Source: Alistipes sp. CAG:435 (GTDB lineage: Bacteria; Bacteroidota; Bacteroidia; Bacteroidales; UBA932). Taken from it: a stretch of 64,000 nt of DNA. This document shows, one piece after another, positions 20,268 through 30,111 of the stretch. Made by a program: the position numbers and the translations under genes. Location: NCBI GenBank assembly GCA_000433355.1, contig FR893142.1, forward strand, positions 4,772-68,771, given 5' to 3'. Under the pieces are notes generated by a model, which worked only from the letters and a program-made list of their open reading frames with translations, did no database searches and was not told the origin of the DNA. Every line of letters starts with the position of its first letter. The first letter of the stretch is position 1.

Positions 20268-20942
20268 TTATCTGAAAATCGAATGCATAACCCGAATAAA
20301 CTCTCGGTTGCTCCCTCTTATCAATGACGATATTCTTTCCGCGGCCGGTCTGTCAGGATTCTTCCAAGCAGGAAGATCCGGTTTCCTGCCGGTGCGCGCC
20401 AGAATCCCCGGAGCGATGACTCGGGCGACTCCGGCTTTCGCCACCTTGGCTCCACAACCATAGTCAAGAAGATTGGGCCGGAATATATCAGACGGATTTT
20501 CAAGATGCCTGACGGCGTATTCAGGGACTAGTGTGAGCGTCATGTCGTAAAGATGGCAAGGAACAGGGATGACCGGATCCGGTTCCAGAAGCCTTCCATG
20601 ACGGGATCTGCCACCGGAGAGCAGGTTGCCAGACAAGTCGGAGACAGTGCCGGCTATCACGGCCTTATGACGCAGGAAGAATGAATTCTCGAAGAACGAT
20701 GCGAAAGCCCCTTCCTCCAACCTGAGGTCTGAATCCATCCAAAGGTAAAAGTCGAAGCCGATCCCCAAAACCTTTTCCCAAACCTTCTGATACCCACCTA
20801 CTCCCTCATCATTCAAAAAAGTGGTGAATGAATATCCTCCCGTGGCCGTCAATGCTTCCGTCTGTCTTTGACATTCCTCAAGGCAAGCGGTGGCGCCATC
20901 CTTGCCATCATCGGTAAGGGTTATGAGAAGAGCCACGTTCAT
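20268..20942 (-). CDS. Putative GT-A fold glycosyltransferase-like protein
   Basis: The start was moved to MNVALLITLTDDGKD because the longer ORF overlaps lepA. A DxD-like LWMDSDLRL motif is present. Its stop lies 4 nt from lepA. Confidence 0.35.
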   Translation of the reverse strand: MNVALLITLTDDGKDGATACLEECQRQTEALTATGGYSFTTFLNDEGVGGYQKVWEKVLGIGFDFYLWMDSDLRLEEGAFASFFENSFFLRHKAVIAGTVSDLSGNLLSGGRSRHGRLLEPDPVIPVPCHLYDMTLTLVPEYAVRHLENPSDIFRPNLLDYGCGAKVAKAGVARVIAPGILARTGRKPDLPAWKNPDRPAAERISSLIRGSNREFIRVMHSIFR

Positions 20943-20946
20943 ATTC

Positions 20947-22737
20947 CTAAGAATCCAGTTTGAGCACAGCCATGAAGGCGCTCTGCGGCACCTGAACCGT
21001 ACCGATCTGGCGCATCCTCTTCTTGCCTTCCTTCTGTTTCTCAAGAAGTTTCCTCTTACGGGTCACATCGCCGCCGTAGCATTTCGCGGTCACATCCTTG
21101 CGGACCTGACGCACGGTCTCACGGGCGATGATCTTCGCCCCGATGGCCGCCTGGACCGCGATATCGAACTGCTGGCGAGGGATCAACTCCTTGAGCTTCA
21201 AGCAAATCTTACGTCCGAATTCGTAGGCGTGATCCTCGTGGATAAGGGTAGAAAGCGCATCCGCCGGGTCTCCGTTCAGAAGGATGTCCAACTTGACCAG
21301 CCTTGCTGTGCGGAAATCCGTGACGTGATAGTCAAACGACGCGTAACCCTTTGAGACAGACTTCAATTTATCATAGAAATCGAACACGATCTCGGAAAGC
21401 GGCATATCATAGGTGAGCTCGACCCTGTCGGAAGTGATGTAGTGCTCTCCGATCAGTGTTCCCCTCTTGTCCATGCACAGTTTCATAATCGCCCCGTAGA
21501 AATCCGTCTTGGAGATGATCTGGGCCCTGATGAAAGGCTCCTCGATGTGATCGATCAGCGTAGGGGCCGGAAGGCCGGACGGATTGTGCACGTCAAGCAC
21601 CTCCCCCTGAGTGGTATATACTTTATAGGAAACGTTAGGGACTGTCGTGATGACATCCATGTTGAACTCTCTGAAAAGACGTTCCTGCACGATCTCAAGG
21701 TGAAGAAGTCCGAGGAATCCGCAACGGAAACCGAATCCGAGGGCAAGCGAAGACTCCGGCTCATAGACAAAGGAGGCGTCATTGAGCTGGAACTTCTCCA
21801 GCGTCGCCCTAAGTTCCTCAAACTTGTCAGCCTGAACAGGATACATACCGGCGAACACCATCGGTTTCACCTCCTCGAATCCCGCGATGGCGGCGGCGCA
21901 AGGCCTGGCGGAATGGGTTATTGTGTCACCCACCTTGACCTCCACAGCCCTCTTGATTCCGGAGATGATGTAGCCCACGTCCCCGGTCGAGACCTTGCCG
22001 GTAGGCTGGAGCTTCATCTTGAGCACACCGACCTCCTCGGCGTCATATTCCTGTCCCGTAGCGACAAACTTGACCTTGTCGCCTGTGGAGATGGATCCGT
22101 TCAGAACCTTGAAATAGGCGATGATTCCCCGGAACGGATTGAACACCGAGTCAAAGATCAACGCCTGCAGCGGAGCGTCTGGATCCCCGTGCGGAGCCGG
22201 AATCCTCTCCACAATCGCGTCCAGAAGCGGCGGAATCCCTTCTCCCGTCCTCGCGGAGACTTTGAATATATCGTCGTGGTCACAGCCCAGAAGATCGACT
22301 ATCTGGTCGGCCACAATCTCCGGCTGGGCGGAATCCATGTCTATCTTGTTCATCACCGGGATGATCTCAAGTCCATGATCCACAGCCAGATAGAGATTGG
22401 AGATCGTCTGTGCCTGGATTCCCTGTGACGCATCGACAACCAGCAACGCCCCCTCGCAGGAAGCGATCGAGCGGGAGACCTCGTAGGAGAAATCCACGTG
22501 CCCCGGAGTGTCGATCAGGTTAAGGACATATTTCTCACCTTTATAAATATATTCCATCTGGATGGCGTGGCTCTTGATGGTGATTCCTTTCTCCCTCTCC
22601 AGATCCATGTCGTCCAGCACCTGCGCCTCCATATCCCTGGAAGACAGAGTCTTTGTCAGTTCGATAAGCCTGTCGGCAAGTGTGCTCTTCCCATGGTCGA
22701 TGTGAGCGATGATGCAGAAATTCCTGATATGCTTCAT
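20947..22737 (-). CDS. lepA: Elongation factor 4 (LepA)
   Basis: 596 aa with GTPase motifs [12 protein letters not shown] and DTPGHVDF. Full-length LepA. Confidence 0.9.
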   Translation of the reverse strand: MKHIRNFCIIAHIDHGKSTLADRLIELTKTLSSRDMEAQVLDDMDLEREKGITIKSHAIQMEYIYKGEKYVLNLIDTPGHVDFSYEVSRSIASCEGALLVVDASQGIQAQTISNLYLAVDHGLEIIPVMNKIDMDSAQPEIVADQIVDLLGCDHDDIFKVSARTGEGIPPLLDAIVERIPAPHGDPDAPLQALIFDSVFNPFRGIIAYFKVLNGSISTGDKVKFVATGQEYDAEEVGVLKMKLQPTGKVSTGDVGYIISGIKRAVEVKVGDTITHSARPCAAAIAGFEEVKPMVFAGMYPVQADKFEELRATLEKFQLNDASFVYEPESSLALGFGFRCGFLGLLHLEIVQERLFREFNMDVITTVPNVSYKVYTTQGEVLDVHNPSGLPAPTLIDHIEEPFIRAQIISKTDFYGAIMKLCMDKRGTLIGEHYITSDRVELTYDMPLSEIVFDFYDKLKSVSKGYASFDYHVTDFRTARLVKLDILLNGDPADALSTLIHEDHAYEFGRKICLKLKELIPRQQFDIAVQAAIGAKIIARETVRQVRKDVTAKCYGGDVTRKRKLLEKQKEGKKRMRQIGTVQVPQSAFMAVLKLDS

Positions 22738-22831
22738 ATAACGTGTCGTTCAATTGCAAGTAACGGGACAACCGCCCGCATGTTCCTAAGTATAATTGCA
22801 AAAATAAGCAATTTGTCGTACATTTGAAAGA

Positions 22832-23392
22832 TTGAATACAATCAGGATGACTGACGAGGAGATTATCGGGCTTTACCGGAACGGCCAGGACGAAAGAGCG
22901 TTCAAAGAGATAGTCGCGGCTTACAGCGAGCGGCTATATTGGCACGTCCGCAGGTTCGTCTGCTCGCACGAGGACACCGACGACCTCCTCCAGGAGATAT
23001 TCATAAAGATCTGGTCAGCCCTTCCTTCGTTCAGAGGAGACTCCAGGCTGTTCACATGGATCTACAGGATAGCCACCAACGAGACATTGAACTGGCTTCA
23101 CAAGCAAAAGGTCCGCGCCATCCTCAAGTTCGAGAGCATCGACACGGAACTGGCCGACAAGATTGACGACGATCCGTACTTCAACGGCGACGAGGCCCAA
23201 AGGCTCCTCTTCAAAGCCATCGCCAGACTTCCTCAAAAACAGAAATCGGTGTTCTGCCTGCGATATTTCGACGACCTGTCCTACGAGGAGATCTCCGAGA
23301 TCCTTGGGACATCAGTCGGGGCCCTGAAAGCCTCCTATCATTTCGCCTCCGAAAAAATCCGCGCGGAACTTCAGAATCAGATTAAACCTTGA
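22832..23392 (+). CDS. RNA polymerase ECF-type sigma-70 factor
   Basis: Sigma70 region 2 (DLLQEIFIKIW) and region 4 (LRYFDDLSYEEISEILGTSVGALK). An alternative start lies at 22847. Confidence 0.75.
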   Translation: MNTIRMTDEEIIGLYRNGQDERAFKEIVAAYSERLYWHVRRFVCSHEDTDDLLQEIFIKIWSALPSFRGDSRLFTWIYRIATNETLNWLHKQKVRAILKFESIDTELADKIDDDPYFNGDEAQRLLFKAIARLPQKQKSVFCLRYFDDLSYEEISEILGTSVGALKASYHFASEKIRAELQNQIKP

Positions 23393-23416
23393 TGTTGACA
23401 ATCTGTCAAAGATAAC

Positions 23417-23821
23417 GTGATGCAAAAGAGAAACGACATATTCAATGGCACAGGGAAGGCGGCCTTCAAAGTTCCGGAAGGGTATTTCGAGGAACTCAAG
23501 GCCCGTCTTGACACCATACCTGCCATGAATCAGACGATCAGTCCGATGCAGCGCATGAAGCCGTACCTTGTACTGGCCGCATGCTTCCTGGCCATACTGA
23601 TGATAGGGAATGCCATCCTCAGCGGCACGGCGGAGAAAGGCGCGGCAAGCGACCTTTACAACGAGTTCGCCTACATAAGCCTGCTTCAGACCAATGAATA
23701 TCTCCATGCGGATGGCGCTGAGCAAGACACTATCTCCAACGAGGATGTGGTCAACTACCTGATTGATTCGGGCACTTCCGCCGAATTGATTGAATATGCC
23801 GGACTTATAGCGAAAAAATAG
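23417..23821 (+). CDS. Putative anti-sigma factor (single-TM protein downstream of the ECF sigma)
   Basis: 134 aa with a central TM segment (YLVLAACFLAILMIGNAIL). Assigned from its position after the sigma gene. Confidence 0.4.
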   Translation: MMQKRNDIFNGTGKAAFKVPEGYFEELKARLDTIPAMNQTISPMQRMKPYLVLAACFLAILMIGNAILSGTAEKGAASDLYNEFAYISLLQTNEYLHADGAEQDTISNEDVVNYLIDSGTSAELIEYAGLIAKK

Positions 23822-23828
23822 ATTTGAC

Positions 23829-24290
23829 ATGAAACGAATATTATTGATACTCACAGTCCTGATTTCCGCGCTTCCCGGCTTGGGGGCGCAGGACAAAGGC
23901 AAGAAGGACTGTCACGACAAGTGGAAGGCCGAGAAAATCGCCTATCTTACCGACGCGTTGGATCTGACAAGCGCCGAGGCTGAGAAGTTCTGGCCGGTCT
24001 ATAACAAATGCGAACGAGAGAAGAGAAACTCTTTCAAAGTGTCCATGGACGCCTACAAAGCTCTTGACGAAGCAATCAAGGCCGGGAAAGGTGACAAAGA
24101 AATCAACACTTTGTTGGATAAATACATTGAATCCCAGAATTGTGGCAAGGATATTGATAGTAAATATGTCTTGGAGTACCGAAAGATACTTCCCGGCAAG
24201 AAGGTGGCGAAGTTGTATATCGCGGAAGAGTCGTTCCGCAGGCAACAGATTCATAAACTGAACAAGGATAATAAGAATGAAAAAAGATAA
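23829..24290 (+). CDS. Secreted periplasmic protein (possible Spy/CpxP-like stress protein)
   Basis: Signal peptide followed by a lysine-rich helical protein. Third gene of the sigma cluster. Confidence 0.35.
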   Translation: MKRILLILTVLISALPGLGAQDKGKKDCHDKWKAEKIAYLTDALDLTSAEAEKFWPVYNKCEREKRNSFKVSMDAYKALDEAIKAGKGDKEINTLLDKYIESQNCGKDIDSKYVLEYRKILPGKKVAKLYIAEESFRRQQIHKLNKDNKNEKR

Positions 24291-24330
24291 CAGATTATTT
24301 TTTTGGTCAATTGGTTAATGGTTAGTTTGG

Positions 24331-25092
24331 TTACAGATAATAATCTGTTACGAGGGAGACTTGCTGGGAAGTACGTCTCCCTCTTTCGTTTAAAAGAGTC
24401 AGGAGCTCCTCCTGAGGAGAATCCCCGAACTTTCCCTTACGTCCGAACTGAACAATCAACCGCGACACCGGCTTACGTTCCACAGTCCTGATTCTCAAAA
24501 TCTTCCACGGTACGAATCCGCACATCCTGGCGTGCCTGAACAACGCTTTCTCCTGGTCGGAAGGCAGGATCATCGACACACGGCCATATTCACTGAGGAC
24601 TTCGGAAGCATATTCAAGAATTTCCCGATAGGAGAGAGGTTCCGCCCCGGCAGGATCTTCCGGGTCTCCAGTGTGGCGGGCGGTGTTGCGCCTGGCCTCG
24701 GGTGCCTGGAGCGAATTGTCGTAATAAGGTGGATTAGAGACGATAAGGTCATAGCACTCACCGCTGTTCGCTTCCTTGAAAGCCGCCAATCCGATATTCA
24801 CTGACTCAAGATGATCCCGCCAAGGGGACTGATCGAAATTCTCGGCCGCCTCCTCCGCTGACGGAGTGTCAATGTCTATTCCTTGAATATGCCAGTCCGC
24901 GCCGGAGCATTCAGTCTCAAGGCGCTGGGCTATCATCAGAGCCACCGTCCCAGTGCCTGTGCCGACATCAAGGACACGCCTGTCATTTGGCAGCACAGTT
25001 GTGGCGGCCCCGAGAAGCACCCCGTCAGTATTGACCTTCATCGCGGAACGCTCGTTGCGGACACTGAATCTCTTGAAACGGAATACGCTCAT
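24331..25092 (-). CDS. trmN6: tRNA1(Val) (adenine37-N6)-methyltransferase
   Basis: FRFKRFSV N-terminus, GTGTG SAM motif and NPPY catalytic motif. Confidence 0.75.
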   Translation of the reverse strand: MSVFRFKRFSVRNERSAMKVNTDGVLLGAATTVLPNDRRVLDVGTGTGTVALMIAQRLETECSGADWHIQGIDIDTPSAEEAAENFDQSPWRDHLESVNIGLAAFKEANSGECYDLIVSNPPYYDNSLQAPEARRNTARHTGDPEDPAGAEPLSYREILEYASEVLSEYGRVSMILPSDQEKALFRHARMCGFVPWKILRIRTVERKPVSRLIVQFGRKGKFGDSPQEELLTLLNERGRRTSQQVSLVTDYYL

Positions 25093-25112
25093 AATGAATA
25101 TGTCCGGTCGTT

Positions 25113-25808
25113 CTATTCCTCAACGAACTGCCCGTCACGCATAAACAGGGACCTGTCACACATCCGCGCGAGGTCAGGATCGTGTGTCACAATGACAATC
25201 GTCTGGCCGTAGCGCTGCCTCAGATCGAAGAACAGCTGGTGGATCTCGGCCTTGGTCTTCGAGTCCAGATTGCCGGATGGCTCATCGGCGAACAGGATCG
25301 CCGGCTCATTCACAAGGGCTCTGGCTATGGCGACCCTCTGCTGCTCGCCTCCGGAAAGCTCGGACGGCTTGTGCTCCATCCTCTCTCCAAGCCCCATATC
25401 CTTCAGGAGTGCGGTGGCGGCGGCCTTGGCATCCTTGTCCGAACGTCCGGCGATGAAGGCCGGGATCATCACGTTCTCCAGGGCGTTGAACTCAGGTAAA
25501 AGGTGATGGAACTGGAAAACGAACCCGATGCGGCGGTTCCGGAAAGCCGAAAGGTCCTTGCCGCTCAGATGCAGCACGTCAGTCCCGTCAATCTCCAGAG
25601 AGCCGGAGTCAGGTGTGGACAATGTGCCCAAAATCTGAAGCAATGTGGACTTTCCCGCGCCTGACGCGCCCATAATCGACACGACTTCTGATTTATCAAC
25701 CTGAAAATCGACTCCTTTAAGAACCCTAAGATTCCCGAAAGATTTTTCTATGCCCTTAGCCTGAATGATCATAATCCAAAACTTCTTGTGTTTCTCCTGA
25801 AAGTCCAA
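25113..25808 (-). CDS. ABC transporter ATP-binding protein (LolD/MacB-type)
   Basis: Walker [10 protein letters not shown], signature [15 protein letters not shown], Walker B ILFADEP. The true start is probably the internal [12 protein letters not shown] near 25772. Confidence 0.8.
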   Translation of the reverse strand: MDFQEKHKKFWIMIIQAKGIEKSFGNLRVLKGVDFQVDKSEVVSIMGASGAGKSTLLQILGTLSTPDSGSLEIDGTDVLHLSGKDLSAFRNRRIGFVFQFHHLLPEFNALENVMIPAFIAGRSDKDAKAAATALLKDMGLGERMEHKPSELSGGEQQRVAIARALVNEPAILFADEPSGNLDSKTKAEIHQLFFDLRQRYGQTIVIVTHDPDLARMCDRSLFMRDGQFVEE

Positions 25809-25889
25809 AACCGTGCGTCGTCACACTTACAGAGGTGGTCAGACAATGGATTTTGAATATTTCCTTTCAAAGATAACAGATTTTTTCAA

Positions 25890-25930
25890 AAAAGTTTTGC
25901 GAATTTCAAAAAAAGGCATAACTTTGCAGT
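25890..25930 (+). promoter_or_regulatory. Bacteroidetes sigA-type promoter upstream of tRNA-Pro
   Basis: TTTG at 25896-25899 and TAACTTTG at 25919-25926, 19 nt apart, which matches the TTTG-N19-21-TAnnTTTG consensus. Confidence 0.35.
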
Positions 25931-26002
25931 CCTTTCCAATGAGAAGGCTTGAAAGAGCGATTGTCAGGAAAGGCCTGAGGGGTTAACCCGAAGGAATGTT
26001 AT

Positions 26003-26076
26003 CGGGGTGTGGCGCAGTTGGCTAGCGCATCTGGTTTGGGACCAGAGGGTCCAGTGTTCGAGTCACTGTACCCCGA
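26003..26076 (+). tRNA. tRNA-Pro (anticodon TGG)
   Basis: Cloverleaf folded by hand. Acceptor CGGGGTG/TACCCCG, D stem GCGC/GCGC, anticodon stem TCTGG/CCAGA with loop TTTGGGA (TGG), T stem CAGTG/CACTG with TTCGAGT loop, discriminator A. No CCA is encoded. Confidence 0.8.
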
Positions 26077-26280
26077 CAGACAAAAGAAGCGACCGGAATT
26101 CGGCCGCTTTTTTGTTATTACTGATCAAAGCCTTCCAGTCAACGGAAGAATAATCCGCTACGGTACCGGCCTTATCCCAAAGGCCGGAACGCAACAAGTC
26201 GAAAAACAGGTCATCTTTCGGGATATTCATAAAAAAAGTTTTTGCGTTTGAAACAATAGGCGCATTCCGAAGTAGCCGTT

Positions 26281-27027
26281 TTACTTCCAGACCCCGTCAC
26301 GGCACACTCTTGCAGCTTCGGCTTCAGGACGGCACCCCATCGAATAGATCGGAACCGAAGTGGCGATTCCGGAGGCGACCGGTGTCAATGCATCCATGAT
26401 CCGACGTTCCCAACGAACAGATGAGACAGCGCTGATAAAACCGGCGTAGGCGTAAATCCCGTTCAACCTTGAGATGCTGTTGAGCGGCGCCTGCCTGAGA
26501 CAGACAATGGCCTTGACCGGAACCCTCACATTACGATAGCAGGGAGTCTTCCCGCTCCATGGAGTGCCATAGACGAACAATTTCCCGTCTTCAAGTCTCA
26601 AGACCGGATTGTCATCATTGACCAACGTGGTTCCAGGAATATTCTCGAGCCACAGGCGGCTGTGGGTGCTTTTACCGGTTCCGCTGGGGCCAAGGAACAT
26701 CACTGCCTCTCCATCCAGAGAGACCACCGAGGAGTGCATCAGCAAGACTGAATGCGCGGGAGAGTTGTAGGAGAACATCATCCGCAGGAGCACGTCCATC
26801 ATGTATGTCACCTTGTAGGCTGTCATTCCCGGTTCCGGATAATAGTCTCCGACAGTGCTGTCGTTGGAAACCAACAACCTTCCCAAGGACGGACTGGATT
26901 CGGTGCTGACCTCGAACCATGTCCCTTCAGGACGGCGGTAAACCTTGAAGTACGGCTGTGAGTCTTTGACATCCATGATCAGGCCTTCCCCCTGCCCCCG
27001 CGTCGAAAGGTTCACTTTCAGGCGCAT
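26281..27027 (-). CDS. HPr kinase/phosphorylase C-terminal-domain-like P-loop protein
   Basis: FLGPSGTGKSTHSRLWLENIPGTTLVNDDNPVL closely parallels the HprK P-loop region (GxSGxGKSE...LvaDD). The start is uncertain: 27027, or MDVKD near 26976. It overlaps the upstream ORF. Confidence 0.55.
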   Translation of the reverse strand: MRLKVNLSTRGQGEGLIMDVKDSQPYFKVYRRPEGTWFEVSTESSPSLGRLLVSNDSTVGDYYPEPGMTAYKVTYMMDVLLRMMFSYNSPAHSVLLMHSSVVSLDGEAVMFLGPSGTGKSTHSRLWLENIPGTTLVNDDNPVLRLEDGKLFVYGTPWSGKTPCYRNVRVPVKAIVCLRQAPLNSISRLNGIYAYAGFISAVSSVRWERRIMDALTPVASGIATSVPIYSMGCRPEAEAARVCRDGVWK

Positions 27028-27343
27028 GGATGACCAGACGGAAAGTCACATCCGCCTCTTGTCCGATGAAGAACGGTTCAAGCATGGAAAGATCCAGCAT
27101 GTTGGCGTCAATGTCAGGGATGAGTTCTCCACGCCCCTGCACAAATGTCCTGAAAGGCACCTTGTCCCCGGCCCTTACCGGAAGAACCGGCAAGACATCA
27201 CCTGCCGCAGCCAGCGCTATCCGCTTCCGGACCGGTTCAGTGTACTCCATAGGGATCCATGGAGACCTCAGTTCAAGAGCGAACGCCACTTCGCCGACAC
27301 GGTAAACCCTGATTGTTGAAGTGGACATATCACTCGAGGACAC
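26927..27343 (-). CDS. Hypothetical protein between the PqqD-like and HprK-like genes
   Basis: 138 aa. Its start overlaps the PqqD-like stop by 14 nt and its end overlaps the HprK-like ORF by 50-100 nt in another frame. There is a faint resemblance to lasso B2 (FRLVIHAPESE versus the HAWVE motif), but no catalytic Cys in the expected place. Confidence 0.35.
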   Translation of the reverse strand: MSSSDMSTSTIRVYRVGEVAFALELRSPWIPMEYTEPVRKRIALAAAGDVLPVLPVRAGDKVPFRTFVQGRGELIPDIDANMLDLSMLEPFFIGQEADVTFRLVIHAPESEPFDAGAGGRPDHGCQRLTAVLQGLPPS

Positions 27344-27596
27344 CGTTTTCCTTCAACCGGGAGCACATCGCCTTGACATCAGACAGGGCCACCTCCGGAG
27401 AGACATCATACTTCCCGCACAAGAGGCTGACAAGCGACTCCTCCGTAAAGTCCGATGAGCCGACAGATTCCAACAGGTATGCAGCGGAATCATTCAACCT
27501 GATCAACTTGTTGAAATTCACAAAGTCACTTCCCTCCCCGGAAAGGACCTTCTCACCGCAAATCTCGCGGATGACAAATCCATTCTTCACTTTCAT
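27330..27596 (-). CDS. PqqD-family protein (RiPP recognition element-like peptide chaperone)
   Basis: 88 aa, matching the size and pattern of PqqD/RRE proteins (FVIREICGEKVLS ... LNDSAAYLLESV ... EESLVSLLCGKYDVSPEVALSDVKAMCSRLKENGVLE). Confidence 0.6.
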   Translation of the reverse strand: MKVKNGFVIREICGEKVLSGEGSDFVNFNKLIRLNDSAAYLLESVGSSDFTEESLVSLLCGKYDVSPEVALSDVKAMCSRLKENGVLE

Positions 27597-27626
27597 GTGG
27601 CAGCTTTCTTAAGGTCAGTAATCCTT

Positions 27627-27777
27627 AAAAAATAACTTGGTAATCTTTGATTGTCTTTTCGGTCCAGATGTCTTTTCTCATCAGTCATGTGCCACCGGCA
27701 CACTCCTTCTTCCAAAAGAAATCTATCCTCATAAAATCTGACACAAAATTTAGTTCAACTTATTTTTTTCATGCTTA
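27627..27777. repeat. Copy B of the roughly 150-nt conserved intergenic element
   Basis: Aligns with 16944-17092. Core 27656-27730 has the same TGTGCC-ACC-GGCACA hairpin. It lies in the divergent gap between the PqqD-like and S24 peptidase genes. Confidence 0.7.
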
Positions 27778-27855
27778 CTTAATGGCAAAGTCAACGATTT
27801 TTTCAATACTTTTGCAAAGAAACAAGTCAATGACACGATGCTATAAAGGCTCAAA

Positions 27856-28350
27856 ATGGAAAAAATGACCGTCAACAACGAAGCTTATTTCGGGAATGTC
27901 ATCACATTGCTGCGCAAAGGCAAGAAAGTGACGATTCCCGTGAAAGGGACAAGCATGCTGCCCTTCATCGTGGGCGAGGTGGATCTTGTCGTGCTGGAAG
28001 GCGTGGAGGCGGCCAGCCCGGAAAACTTGCCCCACCGCAACGCGGCCAAGGGGGACATCGTGCTTTTCCGGGTGAACAATCATTTCATCCTTCACCGGAT
28101 ATTGGAGTTTGACGCGAACGGCGTCGCGGTGATCCAAGGCGACGGTATCCTCAGGGCAAAGGAGCATTGCGGAAGAGATGGAATATTCGGACGCGTGGTG
28201 TCGGTTCTGAAACAAGGGAAGCATCCTGTTGACGTGGAGTCCAATGGCTATCGCCTGAAAATCAGGCTTTGGCTGATGGCCGCCCCTTTCCGCCGCATAT
28301 TGCTCGGGGTCTGGAGACGCTTGTTCCTCACTTCAGCGAGGAAGGCGTGA
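27856..28350 (+). CDS. S24/S26-family (LexA / signal-peptidase-like) serine peptidase
   Basis: 164 aa with a GTSMLPF serine-nucleophile motif, then KGDIVLF and a beta-rich C-terminus. Confidence 0.5.
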   Translation: MEKMTVNNEAYFGNVITLLRKGKKVTIPVKGTSMLPFIVGEVDLVVLEGVEAASPENLPHRNAAKGDIVLFRVNNHFILHRILEFDANGVAVIQGDGILRAKEHCGRDGIFGRVVSVLKQGKHPVDVESNGYRLKIRLWLMAAPFRRILLGVWRRLFLTSARKA

Positions 28351-30041
28351 TTCTCAGAACAGATGTGCAGATTGACGCGATTTCCTCTCTATGGGTGATG
28401 ATTATGAGGGTTTTGTCCTGAACCTGCCCTGAAAGCCTTTCCAACAGGATCTTTTCCGTCTCTATGTCCAAGGACGAGGACGGTTCGTCAAGCAGGAGGA
28501 TTCCGCCTGGACGGAGCAATTCTCGGGCAATGGCGATCCTCTGGGCCTGTCCTTCACTCAATCCCACGCCATGCTCGCCGCATCTGGTGTCAAGGCCATC
28601 AGGCAGATCCATGACAAAATCCGCCGCGGCCAGATGAAGGGCCCTTGAATATTCCTCATCACCCGCATCCGGATTTCCCATGCGAAGATTGTCCCGGATG
28701 GTTCCGCTGAACAAGGTGTTCCCCTGCGGGACATAAGACAGGTTGCGCCGTGTCAAAGGCGAGGCCTCGGCCTTGTTTCCCTCGCAGTCGTAGAACACCA
28801 CATTCCCGCTGTCAGACTTCCCGGAGTGAAATCATGGGAGAAGTCATCGAATACCTTTTTTTCGCCGCCAGGGTAGGAATATGTAAGATGCCCGATCCTG
28901 ATTCCGGCCCTGCCGGTCAGGACGACAGGCTTCCCGGTTTGTTCGAGAGGTGCGTCCGACAGTTCGGCGAGCCTCTCGGCAGCGGTCATGACACGGATGA
29001 ACGCCGGAATCTGCCGACTGAGTTCGACCATCGGGTTTTGTATCTGGGCCACAAGCTGAAGGAACGCGGTCATCGTGCCGAAAGTCACAGCGCCGCTTCT
29101 GATCCCGAATATTCCCCAAAGGAACGCGGTGGCGTAACCGGCCGAGAATCCGACTTGGATCATCAATCGGGGGAAAAGCGCGAAATTCGTGTACCTCATG
29201 ACATTACGGAACAACCCTGATTGCATGTCGCCAAGTTTGGAAACGGAATATGGTTGTATTCCATGGAACGAAGCAGCAGACGATTCTGCACACTTTCCTG
29301 AATGTGTTCCTGAATAGCGCTTTCCCGGGAACGGATGTCATGCGTAAGCTTTCTCATCCTACTGACATAGCTTTTGCTCAACAACAAGGCCGCCGGCATG
29401 ATGAACAGGAGAATAAGAGCCAAACGCACATCCATTTTGGAAAGGATGTACAGGGCGCCGATCAACTGGCAGGTCGTTATCATTACGCTCGGGATGCCAC
29501 GGCACAAGACCTCGGAGACACTCGGAACATCATCAATCAACCTGTTGAGGATGTCTCCCGAGTGACGAGACTCCCGGCTGTCCCACCGGCTTGCCATCAG
29601 ATGATCGAATATATTCATCCTCAATTCATTGTTCATGCAAGCCTCTGTCTTTCGGGCCAGTCTGTCAGCCATCAATGAAAGAAGTGGTCTGACGGCCATG
29701 CTCACGATCATCATCACGACGAGGACGCCAAGGCTCCATCCTTCGGACTGTCCTGTGACATTGTCGATAAGCCCTTTGCACACCCAGATGAAAAACAGAG
29801 AGACCGCAACCCTGACCATACCGGTAACGCCCACACACAGAATGTGAAGGTGATTCCCTCGGGAAGCGTTCCAAAGCCATGCTATGCAATCCTTGATCCT
29901 CATTTCAGAATTGTTCCGGCAGAATGCAAATGTAACACTTTTCCACGAATGTTCAATCGCATGCCCGTCAAGAGCATACATAAAGTGCGGGAGGCTGGCT
30001 TGAAAGCCGGCCTCCCGCACTTTATACAGTCCGAAGACCAA
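28328..30041 (-). pseudogene. ABC exporter (fused TMD-NBD, McjD/MsbA-like) disrupted by two frameshifts
   Basis: Three consecutive minus-strand ORFs in three different frames. 29196-30041 is the TMD N-half. 28753-29226 is the TMD end plus the start of the NBD, with Walker A lost at the junction. 28328-28801 is the NBD C-half with LSEGQAQRIAIARELL and LLLDEP. Together they reconstruct a 570-aa exporter. Confidence 0.6.
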
Positions 30042-30111
30042 GAAGCAGTTTTGAGTTGTTTAAAATGTTCTTTGAGGTGAAAAACTTCAAACAAACAATT
30101 CAAAACAGCTC

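Noticed and set aside
17087-20275. Long plus-strand ORFs (433 aa at 17087-18388 and 475 aa at 18848-20275) antisense to fucP and fucI.
   Set aside because: The opposite strand encodes full-length, strongly recognisable FucP and FucI. These are GC-rich shadow ORFs. Their translations are low-complexity and R/H/P-rich.
26009-26251. 80-aa ORF starting inside tRNA-Pro.
   Set aside because: It begins with a GTG inside the tRNA and overlaps it, so it is an artefact of ORF calling.
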